A stretch of DNA of 62,011 nt, filler included, from Sphacelaria rigidula (GCA_964200075.2; 8 parts of 8 records of this genome joined end to end with filler, not necessarily neighbours in it); one strand, 5' to 3'. Positions 21,746 to 34,745 are shown, numbered from the whole stretch's first letter. A program made the numbers and translations. Notes: generated by a model not told the origin, from the sequence alone.

Positions 21746-22394
21746 TGGGGGGGGCATGTTCAAGACTGGAAAAAAGAAACTCACCACGCGAAAATGAAAA
21801 ATGGGACCATTACAAATGCCAAGGGTAGGTAGCCCCCCCTCTGTCCCCTGGTCGACGGCCTGCTCCATTGACATGCCGCAGAATGTCCCTTCTTTGCTGG
21901 CGCTGGTATAGTGATGAATTGCTGCACATTAACTGGCGGTGAGATACAAGTCAGACATACCCGAGCAAAATAGAGGTACTCCAATATTATTCATGCAGTA
22001 TTTCAGGATATACGGTAACTTGGTGTTGTCGCATGCCACGCATTTTGTGAATGATGGTGTAGGGTGGGCGCACCATCATCATATCCGGCATGGTGGTACG
22101 TGCGGTGCTTTCGCTTTTGTCACTGTGGTACCCTGAGTAGGACAGCCTCGTGTGCTCGATCTGCGTCAGTCTTCCAGCGCGCTCTCAATGAAGGGGTACC
22201 CTAGCTTGCGATGGGAAACATATTGATCGTTTTTGACTGCCTGAGTGATGTTGAAAACTTGCGGTGCTGGCCGCCACGCTCCGATGGCATCATGGGTGCA
22301 ACCGTGCAACTGAAAGCTGTCGAGGGCGGAGGAGTAAGCGTTCGCATCCCGGAAGTTGCATTGTTTGTTTTTTTATTGCTGCACTTTAGCTGAC

Positions 22395-22620
22395 CCCATG
22401 TGGGTCTGTCTTATTGTTGGATGTGAGCGCGTGAGTAGAAAAGGATACTCATTTGACGACAGCCGACGCGCTGCAGAAGTAGTGCTGGTCCTATCTGCGA
22501 CACCAAGTTGGAAAGCGTGTACCGGGGGAGAGACGGCTTGGTCCCTTGACACTCTCTCTTCACTGCGAACAACTTCTCCCGAGGAAGGATGGAGAGGTCG
22601 AAAGTGTGACGGGCAAAAAA
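22395..22620 (+). mobile_element. SINE family B, degenerate copy
   Basis: TCTGCGACACCAAGTTGGAAAGCGTGTACCGGGG...CCCGAGGAAGGATGGAGAGGTCGAAAGTGTGAC..AAAAAA. Confidence 0.6.
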
Positions 22621-23195
22621 GTAACACCGGGACTTCGCGTCCTCAGAATGCTCAGGTCGAGATCTGTCTGTGCACGAGCTCTTTCAACAGCGGAAACTTA
22701 CCTCTCTGCTCCGAAATCTTTGCTACCGTTGGCCAATATACAAGGAGAGCTACGTCACCGAGCGGCGGAGTCTTGAGAGACGGCTCGATCCTCTCGCGTT
22801 CGCCAGAATGCGCTCGTGTCCGTCTAGACCAAGTGTTCCTTCGCAGCACGCCAATATTGTACTATGAGCGCGCTCACGATGGAAATAAGTCGGTATACCG
22901 CCGCGCCCAGGGTGGTGTAAGCAAATACAGCAGTCACGGATAGTCAACTGGGGGAGCTTTGGTGGACTCTCAAATTCCAACAGCATATACGGTTTTTACA
23001 AACAGAATCCGATTTCCGTCATCGGAAGCGTGAGGATATGAATAATAAGGAAACGTTGACGAGGGTCGAAGTGACGCGGGAGTGTTGGTCATAATCCAAT
23101 ACGCGATACAGGAATATCAGGTATGGATGGGGAGGGTGTACTCATGATCATGCATGCCATAGTCATATGGCCATTGGCCTGGCATCGCGACAATG

Positions 23196-23295
23196 NNNNN
23201 NNNNNNNNNNNNNNNNNNNNNNNNNNNNNNNNNNNNNNNTTAATTAATTAANNNNNNNNNNNNNNNNNNNNNNNNNNNNNNNNNNNNNNNNNNNN
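23196..23295. other. Artificial scaffold spacer
   Basis: 44 N + TTAATTAATTAA + 44 N. Confidence 0.98.
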
Positions 23296-23324
23296 GCCTC
23301 CACGCGTGCGCTGTGTGCTCATTT

Positions 23325-23385
23325 GTTGCTTGCCTTAGTCATTTGACCATTGACCACGCATCCCTTTCGAGACGGAGCAGAACAG
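23325..23385 (-). mobile_element. Short 3'-end remnant related to the scaffold-8 LINE
   Basis: GACCATTGACCACGCATCCCT (21 nt) is identical to the LINE 3' end at about 54380-54400. Confidence 0.65.
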
Positions 23386-24997
23386 GGGGGGGTGGCTATT
23401 GCACTATCGTAACAATGTCGACTTCTTGTTGGAACTTAATTGGTGTCTAACCCGCTGTCAGGTGACAAGTCAGGCGCTTGATGTGGCGCCGACTTCGGTG
23501 CTTTGCGGGAATTGCCGACGTGTATATGAGAAATCAAGGAGCATAAAAATGAAAACGGCGACAAGCTGCCGATGACCGTAATTTCCATGGGTCTCGGTAC
23601 CTAGAAAAACACAAGACAGGATGGATACGATGCTTGACTAGGATGAACCCTACTGCCAGGTGTACATCGGGTCCATTTACTTGTACTACGTGGTTACGGG
23701 ATACGGGCAAATGTCAACGATGATGCCGATTTGTTTTGTGTGGGCGAGGTTTGCGGAGGAATGGGCTCGCGGGAGGAAACAAGCGAAAATCGAACGCCAC
23801 GAGAGGGCGGGGGGGAAGGTTCTTGGCCGGCCGCGACACAACATATGAATAATCTGGGTGTTGGGGGAAACCAGTGAGAACGCGAAATACATCATGTCGT
23901 CATACTTTGAAGCGTCACATCGCGCTGACTGTTCTACTGACTGTCCTGTCATGATTGCACTGCAGACAGAGAGAGTCAAAACTGCGTTCAGGCTTCGGAA
24001 AACAGTCTGCCGCCGGGCGAGTTCTTTCCGGTTGGGGTCATTACCGACGAGTACTATACGGTTTTCAGGATGGCGGATGGAGGGCGGGGTGACGGGGTGG
24101 GGGCGGGGGGGAGTGTTCGTCCGTTATGGTGGGTTGAAGCCGTTACGACCGCCATCGCACAAATCTGCGATAGAGTCGGTACGGTTATGGTTGAAAAGGA
24201 AAAAAACGGTGGCTGTACAGTACGTGTAACCATCATCGCATCATGAAGATGAACTGAATATATGTGGGACGCTGACAGCACGCGAACTTTTCAGGTTCTG
24301 CACCACACAAGCCAACGGATGCTCTCCCCACGACACCGTACTGCAGCGTGCCGTTGGTATTCTTCATCAATATGCACAGCAGTAGTCATGATGACGCTCA
24401 CGGCAACTCTACAGATGACCTCAGCCAAGGGCAACACTACGTAATTTTTTTGAAATGCATGACTGCGCCGTACAGACAGTCTGCATACATCCCGTCTCGA
24501 CAGGCCAGACGATTAAACAACAACAAAAAAACTTCCGAATCCATGGTTGAATCTTGGGCGTCGTGGGCGGTTCACGTTAGGTACTTTATTCACCGCCTGT
24601 TCGTGGCCGGTTGTGCTCATTCAGCTCAACAATGGCGCCGACATTGCTGTCCATATTGATGACCTTTGTTTGCGCACGAGGCAACTGCTGTACGAATTAC
24701 ACGGCACAAGATACAGCAAGACGCGTCGTGAAACTTTCTAACGCAGACGTTTGCCCTGGTACCGACGCATGTCGCTGAACAAAAACACGGTTTCTATCTC
24801 GCCTACCTACACACACTCGAATAACGGACATCGCCGCGCCTTCTGCAGTGCGCTCATAACTCCTTCTTTCACGAACAACGCTCCTCAGATAATCGCGGGT
24901 GGCATGGGCGAGCAGATAAGACATCAGAGTGGCCATGGCAGTCAGTACAGCGCCGTTCGTTTTGTATTGTGCTCAACAGCCAGCCATGACAACTTAA

Positions 24998-25094
24998 CCC
25001 TTAGACCGCGAGATTAGTCTTTCAGGACCATCATACTTTTTTTTACTTGAAATTGATGCCGATTCAACAGAAGACTACCCTCGCGGTCCAAGGG
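24998..25094. mobile_element. 97-bp piggyBac-type MITE, intact copy
   Basis: TTAA|CCCTTAGACCGCGAG...CTCGCGGTCCAAGGG|TTAA: 15-bp TIRs (14/15), CCC/GGG termini and TTAA on both sides. Confidence 0.88.
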
Positions 25095-27146
25095 TTAACA
25101 ACGCTCACGCACCCGATTCCAACCATGGGGTAATTATGTTCGCCCGTCTGGTCCTCGTTTGAGCCTTTTTATTTTTTAGTGCTCGTTTTCTCATTTCTTC
25201 ACCCCGATGATAATCGATGGATAAATAAGATCATGTGAATAATGATGTGATTCCTAAATGATTCATGATTCCTTTCGGGAGCGGAGGGACTTCCTCTCCA
25301 AAACAGCCGCATCAAGCTCGTACTTTTTGGACAAAGAGCTCCATCATCGTCTTATGCCATGCGTGGTACAAGGTACACAGGTACGCACGAGCTGCACGCG
25401 CATTTCGTGGGTGGCCGCGACATCAACCAAATAGCGACGTTTGGCATACGTTTCTGCGGTGATTTTTACATCAAACCCCGCCGCGCCTCTAGCACGGAAA
25501 GTGTCAGGTTATCTGTTACCCATAGCAACGTCAAGCTTCGCGAGTAAAGAGTACCAACCAGCTGAAGCCTGCTGTGTGTTGACCCGTCCAGGGACAAAAC
25601 ATTCTCCACGCATGATTATTTTACTTTTATTATTGTATTACTATATCCGTCACGCATGAGGGACATCTACTCTGTGGAACAGTATAGTACAATAGACTGA
25701 ACATTTCCTGGGCACAAGTACATGTGCATACTCGTACGTATGTCAGGATGGATCATTTGATCATTTTGGGGCCACTTTCTCCTTTTCGCTCTCTCTGGCT
25801 TCACCTCCTCCAAGGACCCTATACAAGACTAGTACAATCGTGCAACATTTCCCCACAGGAACGGAAACTGATTACTGGCAGATGTGTGTATACTAGTACT
25901 GCTGAGTGTCTGATGGTTTTATATTGTCAGATGCCTTACGAGTAGATAGGTTGAGAAATATGATGGCACATGTCAAGTTGTAGCACTGATTGCAGCATGT
26001 GCTTTGTTGATTGCGGACTACACTATGTTCTGAGTCCCGCGGCGCCTTAGTGGTCAGTTCAGGTCAGGCGTTCAAGGCGCACGATTGACCTCTTTCAACG
26101 AAAATATCAAATTTTTGACGGAAAACGTCAAAGGGCACCGTGCAGACAGTAAGATACATTTTGGTATGCACACACCTGGGGAGAGAAAGACAGAGAAGAA
26201 GAGAGAGGTACACACATGAGGTTCATCACAATTTGAAATAACCCCACCGGCTTCGGGTATCGGAAGCACATCAAAAGCAGACTCGGACAGGATGGACAGG
26301 CACCAACAACAGATAGTCCCGGATAGCAGAGAGATACTGCAATTCGAGAAGAAACTACATGCTGTCTTACAACACTTTTGCTGTCAAACGGGGAGCGGAG
26401 CGCCCGAGCACGTCATCGCTTGCATGCGCCACTTGTTCAACAAAACTTTTCTTTCGGTTTTTCGCAACTACAACTGCCCTGTACTACCTGCGATGACCGC
26501 TCCTCTCACACCGACACAGGGAAGAACAGAACAGGCGAGCTTCTGCACAGGCAGATGTGTTGAAATACATCAAAGCATTTGTCGGCCCTACAACTGCGTT
26601 TGACAGACGCGATCATCTCGGCAAGTTCAGGGGCGCTCGAGCGTCCGGTACAGACAGTTTCGCGACAAAACGAACCATTCCCAGGGCGTTCAAAGCTCTT
26701 CTCTGAAAGGGAAACACGACAACCCCCTCCCCTACCCAAGTTACGCGTATGCGCCGTCAAGCCGAGAGCAGGGACAAGAGCTGAATTGTGGTGTGAATCG
26801 GTGGAGGTGACGACATACATGCAGAGCTTGCGGAGCAGAAGACGCGACCCGATCGCCTGAAATCAAACGAGAATGTGTGCATCGGCCGTACCTGTCGCGG
26901 GGACACACACCCAAATGCTCCCAGCCTCCGCCCCCCACACATGGGGAAAAAAATACTACAAAGCGGAGCTGCTACTTGATCACAAATAAAAATACCAAAT
27001 GGACAGTACTGCGGTACAAGAGTCAGTATACTGTATACTGACAGAGTTGCACTTACAACAACGGACCATGCGGCACGTTCACTCCGTCATGGTGCAGGTC
27101 TCAACCCTTCAGACACGAGCTCAGCACTGCACCTCAAACAACTCAC

Positions 27147-28230
27147 CGATCCTCCAAGTCGAAGTCATGGGGCCCCTCCGCATCCGACTCTGGCTCCGGC
27201 TCCGGCTCCGGTAATACCGTTTCTCCCCAGCCCAGATCGCACCCCCCAGTCCCAGCACCACCGCCCCCTAAAAATTCCGCTCCCCCACTGCTATCGATGG
27301 GAAAATCGGCCATTTCGTTCGCAAGATCGTTTACAAGCTCGTCGTGGTACGACGCGGACCTCCCTCGACACCGCACGCCACTCCCGCCCCCGTCATCAAA
27401 GCAACGATCTTCGTCTTGCTGTGTTGGTGCTAGAACGGGATCAAAATCAGATATACTCCCGCTCCCCATGTCGCCATCGTCGCCGTCGACGGTATAGTCA
27501 ACCGCTCCGCCCCTGTGCGACCTGAAATTCAACACCTCGTTGCCAAAGATGTTGGTACTGTCGTGGTGGGTGTATTGCTCGCTGTTGCTTCGGCCGCGAG
27601 AGCTACCGCTGAAGTTGTTGAGAGCTGGAGAGGTCGGATCGAACCCGAACCCTAGAAATGAGTTGCTCTTCTGCTGCGCTTCAGTCGGTGCTGATACCGA
27701 TGGTGCTGCTCTGATGACCCTCTCTGCATCCTCATCACCACCATCATTTTCATCGGCCAAAGTTGCTGCCCTGGCTTGCGGAACGGCCATCTCTGTGTCC
27801 GGCTTCAAGACTCCTTGCTGCAGGGGAGAGGGGGGCGAACGTTGCCTGCAATACACAACGGTAGCACCAACAAGCGGTTGGTTATCGATACGCGCGCGTG
27901 TTGAGGAAGCGAGATCATGGTGTGATGGGATGAATTTCTCTGTTTGCACAACAGTCACGTTGCTATCAATGGTGCTTCCAAGCGCATTCTCCGCGGTGGT
28001 GCTTGTCGCGGTCCTCCTGCTGTTGTGGTCGTTGTTGTTCTCCGATGAGTTCGCAGTTGTTAGAAAGCTCATCTCTCTCCCGCAAAATAAGGTTTTTGCG
28101 TCCCCGGCCCTGACAGCGGCTACCCAGCCACAGTAGGCTCCTTCCTTCCCGCGAGCTTTGGGAACACCTACTGCTGCTATTGCCGCTGCCTTCAGGCCAG
28201 CCTTTGCCCCCGAGGCCCACCCAGGACAAC
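27147..28230 (-). CDS. Large coding exon of an unknown acidic, low-complexity protein (5' boundary uncertain)
   Basis: 385-codon open frame with D/G/S-rich composition, ending at a strong donor GATCG|GTGAGT. No clear acceptor identified. Confidence 0.7.
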
Positions 28231-29282
28231 GGTGAGGTATTGTAGTCCAAAGTCCAAAGTAAACGAGAAAGTAAACGACTCTAGTGTGAACTACGGACAA
28301 TTCGCCTTTTTTTACTTCCGGTACTGGGCCAAGAGTTCAACGCAGGCAGCTAGCTCCTTCACTCTAAGATTTCCGGACAGCTTACCGACAGAAGACCCTC
28401 GTCAACGCTCTATCACTGTAATGAACACCCCCTAAGAGTGTTTGCTGTCGAGTGTTCCGGCACCCACCGTCTATGCTGATTGGCCCACACGCCTAACGGC
28501 AGGTGGGTGGTCGTCCTGTTTGACTTTTATCTCCACATGCCCCAAGCCTGTAGAAATGTTAAATGTTGCTGCTCCAATCTGATGTCTTTCGGCTTGTTTT
28601 CCGGGCACTCTCAACAGAAGCCGAGGCGATGGAGAGATGCTGCACTAAGACGCCGCCGTCTCATGTGCTACTGAAGTTAGATAGATCGAGGCGTACGCTG
28701 CTGCTCTACTTCCCAATGCCTGAGGCCTTGTGTACTTGTGTGTCCTCGACCTTGTGTAGTAGTCGCTTAGTGTTGTACTGAACCGTCTATACATTAATTA
28801 TATTGGCAAGGTTTCGGGCAAATGTCGTATTGTGCTCACCTAAACTTTAGTTATTTTCCAGTATCTCTTGGCACAGTGTTCGCTGGAAACCACCCCCAAC
28901 CCCGAATCTCACTCACCCCCAAGCACCACCATTCGAAATGCCCCAATTACTTTTATAGTCTAAGGAATGGGTACGAGAATGATTAAATGAACTAGAATTC
29001 AAATTAAAATCTCGTGAGCAAGGTGTTGGTGAAGTTATGGTAGAGCTTGTGCGACGACACCAAAAGTCATGGGGATTGCGCAGCAGGGTGCGAAAATGTC
29101 GTGGGGGGAGTTTCATCTTTGGACAGTAATCGATTGCTATTACAGATTATCGCACATCAGCTGGTACGCTACGAATCAAGCAATGGCCACAAGGTAGTCA
29201 AACTTAAGGCAATAAACAAAGCTCGCGGAGTAAATCGGAGGGAGGGGGGAGATAGAAATGGAAGGAGAGAAGAACCCACGCT

Positions 29283-29755
29283 TGACCCCTTCTTGACCGC
29301 GAGATAAGGCTATGTGGGTCATCATGTGTTCATTTTTTTAGTGAGATTAATGCCGATTCAAGAGATATACCCGTGCTGGCGGTCAAAAGGTAAGGTGTAG
29401 CACCTGACTACATTTGTACGAGGGTAGTCCATCTGGATCATGCATACCTTTCTCAAGTGAAACTGATGCCGTATCAACCAATAACGTTCTCTCCCCGGCA
29501 AAGGGTTAACCCTTCACCTCTTAGGTAGGCGATCTGTTGAATCGGCATCATTTACACTTCTTGGAAAAACAAGGAAAGTGAAATATTATGCCGATTCAAC
29601 ACATTGCTTACTACGAGACTCGATCTCGCGGTCGAGGGGCCAGCCCCTTGACCGCGGTCGCAGGTCATCTTTACCTCTTCACCCATGCACATATTTTGTG
29701 TGTCGGAGTGATGCCGATTCCACAGATGGGCTGTGCTGGTGGTCAAGGGATCAAC
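29283..29755. mobile_element. Cluster of about 5 degenerate piggyBac-type MITE copies in mixed orientation
   Basis: Repeated core TGATGCCGATTCAAC and its reverse complement. GGG-TTAA-CCC junction at 29503-29512. Confidence 0.75.
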
Positions 29756-30134
29756 TGATAATGATCAATAGTGTCATATACAAAATACATGACAGTGCAG
29801 TAGTAGTGGTATTAGCAGTGGACATCTTGCACTGAGATTGAGAAATGACGTGTCTTTTTTGGTGCGGGGGCATACGTATAGAGCTCTACTGCTTTACCCT
29901 TAAAAATATGTGTCATGCAGAGTATGAAGGATGTGGAAAGAAAGGAGTAGGACAGACTGCAAGCTGCACGATACGCTCGTGTCTAGAAGCGACTGGGTGG
30001 GACCGTCTTCTACGATAATCATTCTCTAGGTTGATGATGATGCGACAATAACAGTCTCCGACAGAAGTGGGTTTTTATATCGGAATCATAATATTTTCAC
30101 CGTGGGCCTTTTGCTGCCCACACTTGTTGTAGCC

Positions 30135-30341
30135 TCAGACCTAGATGCGGGTAGTCCATCTGGATCAGAATACTTTTTTCAAGTGAAATTGATGCCGATT
30201 CAACACATGACCTACTCTCGCTGCCTGAGGGTTCACCTTTATTGGACCGTGAGGGTAGTCTTATCTGGATCATGCACACTTTGTTTCACTTAAAATTGAT
30301 GTCGATTCAACCGAAGACTGGCCTCGCGGTCTAAGGGTTAA
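30135..30341. mobile_element. Tandem pair of piggyBac-type MITEs
   Basis: Two head-to-tail units of about 100 bp, the second ending CTCGCGGTCTAAGGG|TTAA. Confidence 0.8.
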
Positions 30342-30959
30342 ACCTTTACCCGTTTTTCAAGTGATGACGTACGAGCTGGGCCAGCCGAGAAGCGATTCTG
30401 TAGTTCGCAGGCCCATTAGACGGCCAATATTTAGAGTTGAACCCTGAAATTTGGTATGGACAATAAATAGGGCATAATAAAAAAAAATACCAGTGCACAC
30501 ATCTTGTTTTTTTCCACGAGTTACACTCACTTTTTTTGCCTTCATTTCGGGGTGAAAAGAGGACGTTTTTTGGCCCAAAATCGTGCTTTCGCACATACCC
30601 TTTTGGGGGGGGAACGGAAGGCTAGAAATCCCCCGAAATGATGTTAATTAATAAGCAGATTGGGAGGGAGGGGATCGTCCATATGAAATTCTTTTGTCAT
30701 GAATTTAGGTCACGGAAAGCACGGCTTTTGAGTCGAACCTCATTTTTTTCAACCCTATTTTTTTTCGAGAATCCACTGTTGTTGTTACTTAGTTAGGCCA
30801 ACTCTTCTTCTTGTGGGAGCGTTTGAAAAGTTATTTTGTAACAATTTCAGAGGAGGTGTTTTTTTCTTTGTCATCATGGTGAGCGGACACAAAATACACA
30901 ACTACGAACAGCCGATCATCTATGTTGTTGAGGATGGTGCTTTTCATTGAGGATGAGAA

Positions 30960-31059
30960 NNNNNNNNNNNNNNNNNNNNNNNNNNNNNNNNNNNNNNNNN
31001 NNNTTAATTAATTAANNNNNNNNNNNNNNNNNNNNNNNNNNNNNNNNNNNNNNNNNNNN
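30960..31059. other. Artificial scaffold spacer
   Basis: 44 N + TTAATTAATTAA + 44 N. Confidence 0.98.
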
Positions 31060-31318
31060 TTTTCTTTTTTGTTTATTTTTAGAACCCCACCTTCCTTCTG
31101 CGGCGCTTGCCTTTTTATTTTTCATCGCGAGAGGGGTTCAGCAGTCCCTTTCCCTCGTCGACCGTTACGTCGAATTTTGTGTACCGACGACATAGTTGCT
31201 CTCCCCTGTTGAGCATGGTATAAGGAAAAATCCCAGATCGCTCCGGGAATCGAACCCTCCTGCTACTCAACCATCAGAAGTTTACGAGGTTACCAACTGA
31301 GCCACCGGGGCGACCGGC
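31060..31318 (-). mobile_element. SINE family A, 5' half with intact Pol III promoter
   Basis: Minus strand reads GCCGGTCGCCCCGGTGGCTCAGTTGGTA (A box)...GGTTCGATTCCC (B box, 31245-31256), followed by the family body. Confidence 0.88.
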
Positions 31319-32653
31319 TATATCATACTTTTTCCGAGTGAAATTGACGCCGATTCAACAGATTACCTAATTTTGCCGTGTACGGGTCAACACACGATTG
31401 TGGGGTAGAGTGTCCCAAAAGGTTGAGCAAGTCATTCCAATATGTCAACATCCGCCAGTTTTCAACGATTTTGTTTCACTATGCATCGCTCCAACTCCGT
31501 GATCGCTGCAACAACAGTAGGGTGGACAAACTGAGTCGAATCGGCATCATTTCCATCTGAAAAACGAGCAATTGGCCCAGATGCCATCAGCTTCTTCTGA
31601 GCCGGAAGGGCGGGTGGGTCATCTGTTGAATCGGCCTTACAATCCTTCGAGAATGAATGCACTAGGACCCAGATGATTTCCCCTCGTCGTGGTCAAAGTT
31701 CAAACTCCACAACATGCGTACGTACGGCGCTAAAGTAGTCAAACTGTGGAAAACTTGCACAATATATTCGGAATGAAATAGTAGTGGAAGGGCGCACCGC
31801 GAGCAGCCGCCCACTTCTGTTGTGCGAGGTTATAAATCTGTGGCGTCGATCCTGCCCGTCGCAACATCGACGGAGGTAATTGTGTGGCAGTGAGTTCACG
31901 GCCCCCATCTGGATTCGTGCAAACATCTAACGGGGGCACAATAACCAATCAATTAATGTTTTCCCCTCACCACAGTTGGCAGGGCGAGTAGTGCAACGGC
32001 TGCGGTCCATGCCATTCTCAGGATGGGGCCTGCTGATGGAATTGCTGACACAGAGAAAGTGCTGGTGAAGAGTCGAATCTTTGAATCTTCTTCGTTCGCG
32101 ACTCGTTTTCAGTTTGGTGTACAACAGTAGTAGTGGTGTGGACCGACCCTGACACCACGGATTATCCTTGCTTGCTTGGTGACGCATCCCGAGCGAATTC
32201 TTTCACTGAGAAACAGTATATATGTTATGCCGTGTCTTGTGGATTTCTTCAATCCGACACCAACTGATGATGGAGCTACAGAAACGGGCGAGTTGGCGAT
32301 ATCGATCGCGTTGTGTGCCCATGATCAAGATATGACAAATTTTCGAAACCTCACAATGATCGACGAGGGTGTAGGACTCCCACGAATGAAACTCGTTTGA
32401 GGTCCGTTGACTCAATCATCTGGTGCTGCGATCTGCGGTCAGGTCAAAGCTAGCTGCAAGAGGAGAAAAACAGGAGGAACGCACCTCCAATCCTGTCCGC
32501 TCACCGAGGATGTATACACCACCGATACTGGCGGTAAGTTGTGGGAAATAGGAATGTGTCCTGCCATGAGCGGTGCATATCAAACACAGATATCACTTAC
32601 ATGGCGAAGTGGGGGAAACGATCAGTGTCCAGGAAATTTATGCGGAGGAAGAA

Positions 32654-32967
32654 GTGCCGTGCGAGCAATGCTACGACGATAGGGGTGCACTTCTTGCGCA
32701 AAATATTGTCTGGTTAGAGCCCTTTTTTTTTCACGATCCCTTTTTTTTGCCAAGGGATTGGCCCCATCACGACCAGTCCTGAGTTCTATCGTGAAGCAGT
32801 TTTGTACAGATTGCACCCCAGATCTGCGCGCAGGTTGAGAAAAGTGGCGGGTCTGAAAGGTAATCTTTGCGTACTCTTTTTACATATTTCAGAAGTCGTG
32901 TTTTGAAGGAGATAAAGGGCTCCTATTTGTGCACCCCTACCGTAGCATTGCTCGTGCCGTACGGCAC
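32654..32967. mobile_element. About 310-bp TIR-bounded MITE-like element
   Basis: GTGCCGTGCGAGCAATGCTACGACGATAGGGGTGCAC (32654-32690) is inverted relative to GTGCACCCCTACCGTAGCATTGCTCGTGCCGTACGGCAC (32929-32967). Confidence 0.6.
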
Positions 32968-34642
32968 ATCTCGTCATCATGGGAAGCACCGCCGAAGTGG
33001 GGCATTGTGCTTCTTATGACAACAATCAACAGCAGGAGTGTTATGATGGTAGACGTTGCAGGGGATTTTGTCGAACGGTACGTTTTCTCCTGTCTTCCCC
33101 TTCCAGTAGCACCGCAGTTGTTGAGATGGCGCCATTTTTTCCCGCGCTAAGTGCGTCTCTTATTCGAAAGTTTCGGAAAACGCCTTTTCGTCATTTCAGA
33201 GCAAATATCTCAGGATCACAGAGTGTAACGGAAATTATTTCCCCCTCCGTCAAATGTGATATCCCCTTACAGTACCTTTTTCTCGATGAGTTTTTTTTTA
33301 TTATTCTGCACTCTGATCCTGAAATATTTGCACTCTGAAATGACGAACAAGCGTTTTCCGCAATTCTCTATTTAGTGCCACTAAAGCAACATCGCCCGAT
33401 CGGCATCAAATAAAACATGACACATATCGTTGTATAAAGCGGACATTCAAAACCTCACTGGTACCCTAGAAACGCCTGCAAACGACGCACACGCGACGCT
33501 CCGGAGCTCGTTTACATTAGCTTCCATAGTTTTTCCGTGATGAAAGTCCGGCTCAACAAACGCGCTACCTAGCGCGCATATATATACATATAATATGCTA
33601 TTATAGTTAGTTGTGGACCCGATTTCATGCCAACTATTTCATGACAAATAGATTATATATATTAGCTGATTGCAACAATCCAGCCCGTGGTCAGGAGCAG
33701 CAAACCTACTATGTGAAAATGACGATGCTATACATGTGAAAATGGAAAATGGCGATGTGATAGATGTGAAACTGGCGATGCCTCTTTGGGTCAGTGTGTC
33801 GTGGAAATTGGAATGGCTTCTTGGGTAGCCACGACGAAGTGTCCCGGCTCTTTATTGGAGTACCAAACGGACGGGACTCCATCCATGCATGTGTGTACTC
33901 AAACATGGGGTAGCTCTGCTGAAAAGAGTGGAAAATAACGGCACACAAACGGCTTACAGACCATGTGTGTACTTGTCAAAAGGCGAATATTTTACTATAT
34001 ACAGGACACTTGAGTATCGTACGTTACGGCCAGGAACCGAACGTCATTCATGGAATTGTAGCGGAAGGCATGTAATAATAATAGCCTACAAAATGCCTCA
34101 CCACGCCCTCCATGCCCGCATGCACTCTATACGCTCAAACCCACGAATATATTCTGTATATATCACACCATCTCGTTCACGACCCGTCCACTGAATGAAT
34201 ACTGATGCACGAGGGATGCCTAGTACCTTAACATTAACAGCATTTATTTGTGTAAAGCGCGAGGAACGACCGAAGGGAATGCAATGTCATGCGAGTATCA
34301 GATGGAAGATGAAAAACTCAGGATGGCCTCTCTTTGAACTGGCGTGAAAGAATGGCACTGTACGTGATCCAAGCCGCTACTTCCTGTCGTGGAGAGCTCC
34401 ACCCTGATGAAGGGCGGGCACATATGTTTTCATCTATCATTATATTTTTGTAGCTCTTCCCCAAAATATGCAGCCCCAAGGAGGAACAGCGCACATTCCA
34501 AAACAATGTTCACCTTTACTATGTCACACACGGCGCGAAACTCTAGTGCGAAACAAGAACAAACTGGATCATACGTGTGAATATACCGCAGCCTTTATCC
34601 CAACACGTTTTACTGTCACGGCGCCGGAAATCCGCGATTTGA

Positions 34643-34745
34643 TTCTTTGACCACGAGCGTAGGTCATCTGTTGAGTCAACATCAATGTCAGTTGAAAAAA
34701 TCACTGCAAACCAGATGATCCAACCCTGGTGGTCAAAGGGGTTGA
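34643..34745. mobile_element. piggyBac-type MITE, degenerate copy
   Basis: CTTTGACCACGAG...TCTGTTGAGTCAACATCAAT...GTGGTCAAAGGGTTGA. Confidence 0.65.

Noticed and set aside
22652..22849. hAT dimerisation-domain remnant (LLVYW...KFPLLKELV)
   Set aside because: Only a loose pattern. The diagnostic S..ER.FS motif is absent.
31240..31318. Functional tRNA gene
   Set aside because: A and B boxes are present, but there is no convincing cloverleaf or terminator, and it continues into a multi-copy body. It is a SINE head.
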